DNA of 63,311 nucleotides, counting the filler, from Octopus bimaculoides (taxonomy: Eukaryota), in assembly GCF_001194135.2 (NCBI RefSeq). It is 4 parts of 4 records of this genome, joined end to end, with 100 filler letters (N's around TTAATTAATTAA, not from the genome) between each part and the next. Parts side by side here need not be neighbours in the genome. Positions count along the whole stretch, not along the records: positions 1 to 30,933 come from NC_068990.1; positions 31,034 to 51,868 come from NC_068994.1; 2 more parts are not named here. One strand, written 5' to 3'. The position numbers and the translations under genes are program-made. The notes under the pieces were generated by a model. The model was not told the DNA's origin and ran no database searches. It was given only the letters and a program-made list of their open reading frames with translations. This document shows positions 25,338 to 36,904 of the stretch, one piece after another. Position 1 is the first letter of the stretch. Each line of letters opens with the position of its first letter.

Positions 25338-26605
25338 CTAAAACGAAAAAACAAATAGACATTGTTAGGGGTAAGATTTGAGGTTAAAATAAATATAAAT
25401 AAACAATTGTTTTTTTACTTTACTAATATTTTGTTTTGTTAAACAACATTTATTTGGGGATGAAGTATATCTAATACGAAGGGGGACCAAATTCCTATTT
25501 TTCATTCTATCTACAATTTAGTATCATGTCACTAAGTTCAAATATAGGAGAGTTTGACTTAGCGTTACATTCCCTCTAACAGAGTAATTCTGTTAATGAC
25601 TTTGTGATGTACCGGGGATTAACTGAAAAGTTACTGGCTCACTTTGCCATAGAAAATATGGAACATTGCTCACTTAGTATTATTAATCGTGTATTTAACA
25701 TAATTATCAAAAACAAATTTTCCTAAAGTCTTAGTGCATTGTTTTTCAAACCCGCGACGCACCGTTTGAAAGCTCTTGTCCTAATAATTAGTAAGATTCA
25801 TTCTTAGCGACAGAAGCAGTACTAGTTCAAAATTTGTGATCTATCCGTCTTGAGAAATTATCTCTTATAGACATATAATGTTAAAAGCACAGAAAATATC
25901 AGCAGATGGTTGACCACCTCCTATGGCACCACAAGTTTTATTCTGCTGTCTTGGAGTCAAGCTTTTGTTGCTGTTGTTATTATTGTAGCGGATAACGTCA
26001 ATTATAGACCAAAGACATTTCAGTCGTTCTTTCACTGATTTTGAAGATTTAGATGCCATTTCTAATGGGTTGAGCGACTTTGTACAAGCTTCCTGGTTTA
26101 ATCCTTTGATCAGTAGTTGTATACGTTACTAAATATGTCAGTATTTTGAATTCAAAACGCCCCTGCTATAAAATAGTTATATGACTTACTTAGATACATT
26201 GTCATTTTTATGGGCTGTGAAGATGTTGGTGAAGGATGGGGTGGGGAAGTGATGTCATGTAAAAACTCCCAGCTATGCATTTTATGTTATCCAAATGCTT
26301 GGATATTAACTGTTTTTTTTAAATTGAAATCTCAATTAAGATATATTTACCTTCATCCACATGAAACTTTATTATAACGGACATATTTCTCCATTCTCTT
26401 ATAAAATATATTGTACCTAAACAAAGGTAAACTTCATTTTTTATTCATTTTATTTTCATGGGGGCAGGCTATAAACAAGTGTACCATCGTGTAATTGGAG
26501 TCGATGTAATCGATTGCGACTTACTCATAAAAAAACATGTGGCTTTCTACTTAGATCAGTATTCAATATTGTTATGATTAATAACAGTTTTGTCTCTATC
26601 CTTAC

Positions 26606-26892
26606 CATGACGAAACTGAATCCTGTCCAGAGTTCGTTCCATCCCTTAGGACATTCTGGTACCATTACTGACTGGCTGTGTACAGCAATGAGAGGTGTTG
26701 GTGACTGACAAGCTGCGCATCTGCTGATGTGTTCTAAAACTTCATCTCCCATGACAGGCATCATGGGAACACTCCTACCCGTCGATAGCCAGTAACTTGT
26801 GGCTGTTCTTGTAGCAAAATTGCATGTTCCGGAAATGGTACAGAACAAGAAAGGAATTGGGCTGAATTTCTCCAAACAGGAACCGCCCATAC
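26606..26892 (-). CDS. COL4A2-like: Collagen IV NC1 domain, middle exon (287 bp)
   Basis: Acceptor ttgtctttctttag|GT and donor ATG|gtaagg. Translation (G)MGGSCLEKFSPIPFLFCTISGTCNFATRTATSYWLSTGRSVPMMPVMGDEVLEHISRCAACQSPTPLIAVHSQSVMVPECPKGWNELWTGFSFVM. Confidence 0.95.
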
Positions 26893-27069
26893 CTAAAGAA
26901 AGACAAATAAGAGATGAATGTAGTATTTGTACATCAATCTAATTTCAATACATAAGAGAATATTTGTGGTTTTGATGAACACCTCTTGCATTGAAAAATT
27001 ATCTTAACACTAAACTACGTAGGATTATATAAATTAGTTAAAAACAGAAATTGTAACAAATTATTACTG

Positions 27070-27157
<88 letters not shown>

Positions 27158-27372
27158 GAAGGCAGCGAGATAGTAGAATCGTTAGCATACCGGGCGAAAT
27201 ATTTAGCGGTATTTTGTCTGCTGCTATGTTTTGAGTTTAAATCCCGCCGAAGTCGACTTTGCCATTCATTCTTTCAGGGTCGATAAATTAAGTACCAGTG
27301 AAGCACTGGGATCAATGTAATCGACTAGTCCCCTCCACACAAATCTGAGGCGTTGTGCCTCCAGCAGAAAGG
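27158..27372 (+). mobile_element. tRNA-derived SINE (family A) embedded in (ATT)n within a collagen intron
   Basis: Head gaaggcagcgagatagtagaatcgttagc; core gtcgactttgcc...gataaattaagtaccag; tail ttgtgcct..agcagaaagg. A (TAT)n tract lies on the 5' side and a degenerate (ATT)n on the 3' side. Confidence 0.85.
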
Positions 27373-28387
27373 ATTATTACTATTGTTATTATTATCATTA
27401 GATAAAAGAAATCATTATTAATAATAAGAAAAAAGCGCTACCGTACATACACTTGCACATCCCCATGCATGCATTAACAGACATATTCACATACTCATGC
27501 GTATGCATATGTGTAAGAATGTGTGAAATTTTTGCTGGCATAATAAACTAATATTAATACAAAATTGTATAATGTCTCCAGAAAATAATTAAAATCAATA
27601 ACACATCGGCTATAACATTAATTTAATGAATAATTAATATATTCAATAGTGGTATTAGCAGCGATAATATTGGAGTTAATGATATAATGTAGTGAAACTT
27701 GTACTAGTGGTGGTGGTGTTGATAGTGGAGAAGAACGAAATTAATTAAGGTACAGCCAGCCGTACGTGTCTCGCAAACAAGTATGTCTTCGAAACATGTA
27801 TCATGGTTTCACTAATTGTTTCAGTGCCTATAGGGTCGCGAACAATCAGCTCTGTCAGTTGCTACCCAGTGGAATATCTAGGATGTGACAACTGGAGAAA
27901 GAGAAGATTGAATAGACTGAGTAGACTGGTGCCACGTTAAATAAAGTGCCTTACTCAAGAATAGTACACGCTGCTAGCTCCAGGAACTGAACCCACGATC
28001 TTATGATTATGAGACGAACACTTCTAACCACTAGGGCATGCACTCTAATTATCAAAATAAATAAAACTGGCATATAGTTCAATGTTATACGCCGTTGAAG
28101 ACTAAATCGCCTTTCACTCGGTAAATGAATTCGAACATATTTCGTTAATCAGAGATGAAAAATACACAGCAAGCCCATACGAATAAAAACGAAATGGTAC
28201 ATGAATAGTTGTGCCACAAATGAACAACTGATTGAATGAATGAATAAAGTACAAGAGTAACAAACAAGTGTATAAATGAGAGATATGAACTAAATGAATC
28301 TAAAATTGTTAATTTCTCACTGATGCAGAAACACGTTTGATTGGCTATTAAATCTTAGAGTTAGAAATATTATGGTTTGAATCATAC

Positions 28388-28534
28388 CCAAATCTTGGAC
28401 GTGGATTCTTCCTTCATCTTCTGTGTGCAACAAACTGTAGCCGTTCCAAACTTTTGTGTGATTGTGGAGACAGTTGGGTGTTGAATGGGACTGACTGTGG
28501 CGTACATATATATACGCTGAGGGTCCAAGTGGTC
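28388..28534 (-). CDS. COL4A2-like: Collagen IV: end of triple helix and start of NC1 (147-bp exon)
   Basis: Acceptor tttgatgtttag|GA and donor TTGG|gtatga. Translation (G)PLGPSAYIYVRHSQSHSTPNCLHNHTKVWNGYSLLHTEDEGRIHVQDL(G); phase 1 at both ends, in frame with the next exon. Confidence 0.93.
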
Positions 28535-28568
28535 CTAAACATCAAATATATAACAGAAATCTGTAGAA

Positions 28569-28646
<78 letters not shown>

Positions 28647-30204
28647 GAGATTTTGTTTTTGAAAATGCACCTGAATTTGAAAAACTTGTAATAGTTTTTA
28701 AATAAATTTATTTACCTCCGTACCAAACTAGTTTCAACATTTTTTTGTTTATCAAAGGTATAAACGTACGGGATTTTGAGAATTTAAAATTGCGAATTTG
28801 AAAACAGCAGGTCTAAATAAATAAATGCTCTAAAAATTCAATAATATCAAAAATGATCGGTGAAGAATATTAAAATAATCTAGATCGACATGTTTAAATG
28901 ATTAAATGTTAACAAAATTCGATAATATAAAAAAATGATCGTACAAGAATATAAAAAATATGAATCACCAAAGGCTAAAAACCTTGTACGCGACGGGAAA
29001 AAATCACACGCAAGATGAGAGAAACTGTAAGAAAACCCCCTTTTTATTAATCTCTTTTTTCTATTTTTCTCTCTCTTAACTCAGTATGACCGAACTTTTA
29101 GTGATCCACACTTTGTATATTCTACACCGATCATTTTTGATATTATTATTTTGATATTACACACGCACACGCACACGCACTTATATATATATATATGCAT
29201 ATATCTGTGTGTGTGTTTATACATATACACATGTATACACATATATATATGCATATATACATATACACATATACATATATATATATGTACATGTATATAN
29301 NNNNNNNNNNNNNNNNNNNNNNNNNNNNNNNNNNNNNNNNNNNNNNNNNNNNNNNNNNNNNNNNNNNNNNNNNNNNNNNNNNNNNNNNNNNNNNNNNNNN
29401 NNNNNNNNNNNNNNNNNNNNNNNNNNNNNNNNNNNNNNNNNNNNNNNNNNNNNNNNNNNNNNNNNNNNNNNNNNNNNNNNNNNNNNNNNNNNNNNNNNNN
29501 NNNNNNNNNNNNNNNNNNNNNNNNNNNNNNNNNNNNNNNNNNNNNNNNNNNNNNNNNNNNNNNNNNNNNNNNNNNNNNNNNNNNNNNNNNNNNNNNNNNN
29601 NNNNNNNNNNNNNNNNNNNNNNNNNNNNNNNNNNNNNNNNNNNNNNNNNNNNNNNNNNNNNNNNNNNNNNNNNNNNNNNNNNNNNNNNNNNNNNNNNNNN
29701 NNNNNNNNNNNNNNNNNNNNNNNNNNNNNNNNNNNNNNNNNNNNNNNNNNNNNNNNNNNNNNNNNNNNNNNNNNNNNNNNNNNNNNNNNNNNNNNNNNNN
29801 NNNNNNNNNNNNNNNNNNNNNNNNNNNNNNNNNNNNNNNNNNNNNNNNNNNNNNNNNNNNNNNNNNNNNNNNNNNNNNNNNNNNNNNNNNNNNNNNNNNN
29901 NNNNNNNNNNNNNNNNNNNNNNNNNNNNNNNNNNNNNNNNNNNNNNNNNNNNNNNNNNNNNNNNNNNNNNNNNNNNNNNNNNNNNNNNNNNNNNNNNNNN
30001 NNNNNNNNNNNNAGTATGACCGAACTTTTAGTGATCCACACTTTGTATATTCTACACCGATCATTTTTGATATTATTATTTTGATATTACACACGCACAC
30101 GCACACGCACTTATATATATATATATGCACATATATATACATATGTTACATATGTATATACTGTGAATGAATTTACTGGATGGTAGTTATATTCCTGATA
30201 ACTT

Positions 30205-30825
30205 TCTGTTCCAGTCTGTTGTCGCAATTTTCAAAAAGGAAAACAAGTCCCTTGCAGTGAACTACTGTCCGATCTGACTCACCTCTCATATCATCAAGGT
30301 ATTTGAGAGGGTGGTGATATCACGGATAACTCATTTTCTTGAAAGCTGAGCCCCAACGAACATGGGTTCCGTAATGGAAGGAACTGCCTAACGCAGCTCC
30401 ATCATCACCTTGATGACATTTTGAGTGCTTTGGGAGAGGGCTCGAATACTGATGTCATCTGCCTTGATTTCAGCAAGGTCTTTGACAGGGTGAATCATAA
30501 GATCCTCTTGAAAACACTATCCAGCTTTGATGTCTCTGGAAAGTTACTACAATGGATCAAGTGTTTCATGACAGGCAGATCCCAATACGTTGTAGTCGAA
30601 GGGGTAAAATCAAGCACAGCTAAAGTCAGTAGTGGTGTTCCACAAGGGACTGTGTTGGGTTGGTCCCACTTCTTTTCATCATCTACATCAATGACATTAC
30701 TGATATCATCGAACACAGTAACATAATAATCCTTGCAGATGATTCCAAGATCCAGAAGGTCATCAATGAAGTGAGTGACCGGACATGCCTTCAGTCATAT
30801 CCATTGGCTGTCATCCAAAGGGCGG

Positions 30826-30828
<3 letters not shown>
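30205..30828 (+). mobile_element. CR1-like LINE RT fragment
   Basis: IFKKGNKS...NY.PI.LTS...HGFR...DVICLDFSKVFDRVNH...SGVPQGTVLG/PLLFIIYINDI...LADDSK across frameshifts. Confidence 0.9.
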
Positions 30829-30864
<36 letters not shown>

Positions 30865-30933
30865 AGAATAAGGGCAGGGAATCGTCAATTAGTAATAGAA
30901 TTAATAATAGTTCTTTGACTGCTATTTCTAGAT

Positions 30934-31033
30934 NNNNNNNNNNNNNNNNNNNNNNNNNNNNNNNNNNNNNNNNNNNNTTAATTAATTAANNNNNNNNNNN
31001 NNNNNNNNNNNNNNNNNNNNNNNNNNNNNNNNN
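30934..31033. other. Synthetic 100-bp scaffold gap marker (44 N + TTAATTAATTAA + 44 N); identical markers at 51869-51968 and 59723-59822
   Basis: Identical layout three times; the 12-mer is palindromic and puts TAA in all six frames. Confidence 0.95.
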
Positions 31034-31068
<35 letters not shown>

Positions 31069-31292
31069 TATATACACACATACACATGCACAGACACACA
31101 CACATACACACTCACACGTTATTAAAAGACAACAGTAATGAGCTGTTATAGTGAAAGAGGTGGTTGTTTACAGAGAAAGTGTATGGTTTAGCAACTACTA
31201 AGGGAGATAATTACATTCTCATGCATACATTATGAAGTTGTGAAAAATGGAGTTGTTAAAAAAAGAGGTTGTGTGGTAAGAAGCTTGCTTAA

Positions 31293-31524
31293 AAGGCGGC
31301 GAGCTAGCAGAAATGTTAGCATGCCAGGCGAAATGCTTAGCTGTATTTTGTCTGCCGTTACATTCTGAGTTCAAATTCTGCCGAGGTCGACTTTGCCTTT
31401 CATCCTTTCGGGGGTCGATAAATTAAGTACCAGTTATGCACAGAGGTCGATGTAATCGACTTAATCCCTTTGTATGTTCCTGTTTGTCCCCTCTATGTTT
31501 AGTCACTTGTGGGCAATAAAGAAA
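31293..31524 (+). mobile_element. Family A SINE inserted into a family B SINE with a perfect 16-bp TSD
   Basis: taagaagcttgcttaa occurs at 31277-31292 and 31525-31540; the host SINE B resumes after the second copy (host ~31262-31800). Confidence 0.9.
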
Positions 31525-32399
31525 TAAGAAGCTTGCTTAACAACCACATGGTTTTGGGTTCAGTCCCACTGAATGACACCTTGGGCAAGTGTCTTCTACT
31601 ATAGCTTCAGGCCAACCAAAGCCTTGTAAGTGGATTTGTTTGACGGAAATTGAAGAAGGCCCATCATATATGTGTGTATGTGTGTCTGCTTGTTCCCCCA
31701 CCTACTTGACAACCGTAACTTAGCAGTTCAGAAAAAGAAACTGATAGAATAAATACCAAGCTTAAAAAATAATCCTGGGGTCAAATGACTGAAAAAGGTA
31801 AAAGGTAAAAGATAGATCATATTTGAAATTATTTATTTATCTTATCTGTTTCCTCTCTCTTTTTATACTATTTTAAAATTCTAATTTCACTTCGATATTA
31901 TTTATACTTATATTTTTTGATAAGATTAAATGCAAGGGCTGCTTCAAACAACTCCTGTTTCTCCTTAATCTTGCTTCAAGATGGCTCCCACAGTCAGTTC
32001 CAAGCATTTATTCTGCTGGAGAGCTGCTTTCATAACCAGGGAACTAAAACTGGAGTTTTCCCCTGCTTCTATGTTGATGTTGTTGCAACAATACTCTCTG
32101 TTTATTCATCTTCTCTGCCCACTATTCTAGGAGGGTCATGGAAGTGGAGTCCTCCATAAAGTCCTATTAGAAGCAACCATTATTAAACTTTCTAGCTGGA
32201 TTCCCAGGTGTGACTAACTGAGACAATGGATATTATCCAACCGTCTCATTCTTGGTCTACTCCTAGGTAGACTCCTGCTGGTTGGCTTGGATTGAAAAAT
32301 CCGTCTTGTGATTTCATGCCATACTCCAATCACATATCGATAGTATGGCAGCCGAGACTTTTCAATGTTGATAAGTAGTGGTTTGAAGATTCCCTGCTC

Positions 32400-32720
32400 T
32401 CAGAACTATGTTACTCCAGAAACCCTTTGGAAGAACCGCATCTTGGAGACTAGTATTTGTGATTGTACTGTTTTGATCATTACCCAACATTCATGACTGT
32501 AGGTGATGACAGGCATAAAAACCAAACTGAAGATAGCAAGGTTGGCTTTTTTATAAACACCTCCACTTCTAAGGATCAAATGCTGAAGGTGGAGCATTAC
32601 TGTGCCAGCACCTTAGCATCTGATTCAGCCTCCTACCTTCCATCACTCATGAATACTCATTGTGGAAAAAAATCCAGAGTGATTTCACAACACTTAAGCA
32701 GTGATTCCCAGTCTTTTCAC
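32400..32720 (-). mobile_element. RTE-clade LINE fragment
   Basis: LAIFSLVFMPVITYSHECWVMIKTVQSQILVSKMRFFQRVSGVT matches the RTE post-RT motif (PTLTYG.E.W......S.IQA.EM.FLRRV.G). Confidence 0.7.
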
Positions 32721-34315
32721 TACCAAGACCATCTTTTATTTAAATGAATTTTCCTATGGACTGCAAGTTTTTGAAAGGTTTATCTTCTCAATAAATCGAT
32801 TTAATTAACTAATAATAAATTCGTTTTCACAGTTTCATCTCTCAGTTAGAAGATATACGTAACTAAATAATTATATGAAACTGCTCAAAAATTCACAGTA
32901 TTACTTTTGTGAATTCCAGAGGTTGGTAACCACTGCACTAAAATGTGTAGTTTGACAGGCAGACTGACAGATGAATATTGGACAAATGTAGAACTTCAAA
33001 TGATTCATTGATAGAAACATGTTCATTGCTAAGGGGTCGTACTAGATGACACTTCCCCCTCGTTCTTCAATGGTGCACCCTCAGATTTACAGTGATACAC
33101 TTATTTCGAAACTACATTTTCCAATTATTATGAATTAATGCCCACCCAGAATATTCTGAAGCACCCCCGGGCACCAAAATCTGGTGACAAACCTGACTAG
33201 AAAGGATATGATGTGTTGATATTCAATAATCTCATTTCATTCTAGCAAATAGATTTTCTAGCAAGGAATAGCATCCGATAAGGTTTACTGCGTATATTTT
33301 TAATACTTTAGTATTTACTAATTTCTAATTTTGGTTTCTTTTTCCTTTGAAAAATTGTTTGGCAGAGTGAAATGTTGCAAGAATTTAAACTCTGGAATTA
33401 AAACCTATTAAAAGGGTCATCAAAGATACTCTGTGACTTAGCCCTGACCGATCCTTCAATTTCTAAATCTCTAATGTTGAGTTTAGTTAAAAGCATGGTT
33501 AGTTTATAACTTCATAAATACAGCTTTACAGTGTTAAGCTCCTTTTAAGAATTAATCCATTGATTTCAATCAATATTGAGATCATTGCCTAAATGCTTGT
33601 CATCATAACAGATGTTGTGATAAGAACCAGTTTTCCATCAATATGCAGCAATGATTTTAGCCAGCCACTCTTCTATACTCCCATTTCAAATCAAATGGAC
33701 AATAATGGTCACAAATACATGAAATGCAAAAACTGTAATCCCTCACCGCCAATACTATTCACAATAAAAAAAGCAATGATAATCCTTTAGATAATAAACT
33801 TAGATAAACTTAGATGGGTTTCTATCAGTCTTAACCCAGGCTATGTCTAATTTAAAAGCAGTACATAGTGAAGTCACTATGTTCAATCCTATTTGGGAAA
33901 CCATATCTCACTTGAATAGTGGGGTAGGTGGTTGGAAGTTAAAGCTTTTGTTTGTTTGTTTTATGTCTGTTTTCCAGTGCTGGCATGGGTTAAGTGAATA
34001 TATACAGTCAAGGCATTGTATTACAGCTGGATGTCTGTTCTATTCCTAAGATTTTTTTGTTTTTCAAGGTTTTTTTTTTTCCCTTTTTCACTTGTTTTTG
34101 AAAGTGGTGAGCTAGCAGAGGATTTGTTGACAAAGGCAACAAACAATCTATTTGCAACTTAGTGTTTTATTTTTTCACTGTGAAGCACAAAATAAAAGCA
34201 CATATACATTACACTGTGTGTGTGTGTGTGTCTGTGTACATGCATATATATTGTACTGAAGCCTGTCATACAAACATACATACATGCGTGCATACATATT
34301 TGTATGCATGTATAT

Positions 34316-34371
<56 letters not shown>

Positions 34372-34514
34372 GACAGGTTTCAGTACAGTTTTTGTCTACC
34401 AAATTCACTCACAAGGTATCCAGGCATTGATCAGTCTGGGTCTATAATAGTAGATAATTGGCAAATGTGCTTCACAGTGTAACCAAACACTAAATTATGT
34501 TATTTAGATGTACT

Positions 34515-34659
34515 TGCACCCGTTTCTATCTGATAAACATTAAAATTTTTTTTTTTTATATCTGTGAAAATTAGCTTTCCACACAGCATATGAACCATCA
34601 TAAGTTTTTTATTTTTTGGAATTATCAGAAATTACACACACACACACGCACGCACACAT

Positions 34660-34716
<57 letters not shown>

Positions 34717-35262
34717 CATACACACACAAACACACACACATGTACAAAGGCTTCTGGTGAAATTCTGCTTTCCACACAGCATATAAACCCTCATAAGATT
34801 TTAATTTTTTGGAATTTTCAGAAATTTTTGCGAATTTGTACTCTACACATAGGAGATCATACAACTATGTAAAAATCAAACAAAACAAAAATTTTTGTGT
34901 GATTTTAAAAGATATTTAGCTGTTATTTTTAGCACATCTCACAACCACCTCATACTGTCCTCATTTGTCACTCTGATGTATTGATGTTTTTCAATATCTT
35001 TCTCCCCATAAACACATTTAATAGTCTTTTGCTAGGATTTAAGCCAAAAATTCAAATTGTCTGTATTTTAAACTGATTTAGAAAAAAAGAAGAAAGCTCT
35101 AAGAATTAAAAAAAAATTTTTTTTTAATTTCAACAAACCCACCAAAATTTTTTGGCATAGTTATATGATTTCTGGGGCGTAGACACAAATTTGCATGAAT
35201 TTTCTGAAAATTCAAAAAAATAAAGTTATGAGGGGTTATATGCGGTGCATAAAGCAGAATTC
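34515..35262. mobile_element. Non-autonomous DNA element with subterminal inverted repeats
   Basis: The unit gctttccacacagcatat.aacc.tcataag...tttttggaatt.tcagaaatt is present twice in direct orientation (~34575 and ~34770) and once inverted (~35185-35262). Confidence 0.55.
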
Positions 35263-36394
35263 GACCAGGCTTCTTTCAGTTTTCATCTACCAAATCCACT
35301 CTCAAGATTTTGGTCAGCTTGGGGCTATAGCAGAAGACATTTTCCAAAAGTGCCACACAGTGGAACTGAACCTGAAACCATATGGCTAGGAAGCAAATTT
35401 CTTACTACACAACCATTCTTGCGTATATCTATACAGCTCTTTACAAAATGTCTTGCTGCTAGAAATAGCAGCCAAATCTCTCCCTGATATCGAACTCCAT
35501 CACTACTACTACCACTATTGCTACCTCTACCACTGCCACTATTCCTGCCATCACCAACACCGCCGCTAAAATCATCACCATAACCATCATCATCAGCAAT
35601 AGCAACAGCAGCACAACCATCATGACCACCACCATTGCCACTACCACCACTACAGTACTAACACTATCACCCCTCTTGTCGGCGGCGGCAGCGTCATCAG
35701 CTGCAGCAGCAGCAGTAGCAAGAACAGTGGGAGAGTGACAGTTGGTGAAATACTGGGTTCAATACAATCAATTACCCCAAATTTGCCAAAATGTGTGACC
35801 TCGACCAGAGCTAAGAATCAATATCTTAATTAGTCCGGTTAATCACAGCAGCCCTGTTGTAGTGTTATTGTTGTTGTTGTTGTTTAGCTCCAGGTCAGCT
35901 CTGACTGAACATGTCTGTCATCAAAGATTCTCCAACTACGACCATCGCCTCATTTTGGAAATCAGGGTCTACTTTGTTAAATATCTCTTCCTTCATTTAA
36001 GGTAGTGATGAGAGAGAGAGAGAGAGATTTGGCTGCTATTTCTAGCCAGCCAAACGTCCCCATAGACATACCTTTATTAGCTCATAATGCAACCCTTTTA
36101 CTCCTGTTGCTTGTAACAACAATTTCATTTCATTTCTATGGCTAATTTCTTTGGAAAACCCATGAACATTACCACTTGACATTTCTCACACCTATTAATA
36201 TGTAGCTTTGTGTCCATCTAAGACATTTGTAATTAGAAAAGTTTGTCTAATTTTCTATCTTTCATTGTTCATTAAAACCTGTGAAGTGATTTCATAACTG
36301 ACATGTTGTTGTATATAGTTAGCTAGAGAGGATTCTAAAAAGTTTAGAACTTGCAAAGTAGGCATGTCTTTTATTTTTCTATCTTTTTCTCGTT

Positions 36395-36704
36395 TTAGTT
36401 CATTGGACTATGGCCATGCTGGGGCACAGCCCTCAAGGGTTTTAGTCAACCAAATTGCATCCAGTACTTTATTCTTCTATTCTTTTACTTGTTTCAGTCA
36501 TTTGACTGCTGGAACACCACCTTAAAGGGTTCTGTAGTCGAAGAAATCGACCCCAGGACTTATTCTTTGTAAGCCTAGTACTTATATTATTGGTCTCTTT
36601 TGCTGAACCACTAAGTTATAGGGATGTAAACACACCAACGTTGGTTGTCAAAAGATGGGTGGGAGGGACAAACATAGACACAAAGACACATGCACAAAAC
36701 ACAC

Positions 36705-36737
<33 letters not shown>

Positions 36738-36895
36738 CAGGTTTCTTTCAGTTTCTGTCAACCAAATCCACTCACAAGACTTTGGTCGGCCTGAAGCTCT
36801 AGTAGAAGACACTTTCCTAAGATGCCATGTAGTTGGACTGAACTTGGAAGCATGTGGTTGGGAAACAAGCTTCTTACCACACAGTCATACCTGCG
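36395..36895 (-). mobile_element. Family B SINE with an extra 3' segment
   Basis: Same head and tail as 18719-19130, with the tail segment present twice. Confidence 0.8.
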
Positions 36896-36904
36896 ACATA
36901 TATA

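Noticed and set aside
29083-30129. 117-bp exact direct repeat (29083-29199 and 30013-30129) flanking a 713-N gap
   Set aside because: Typical unmerged contig overlap or haplotype artefact; the gap may not be real.
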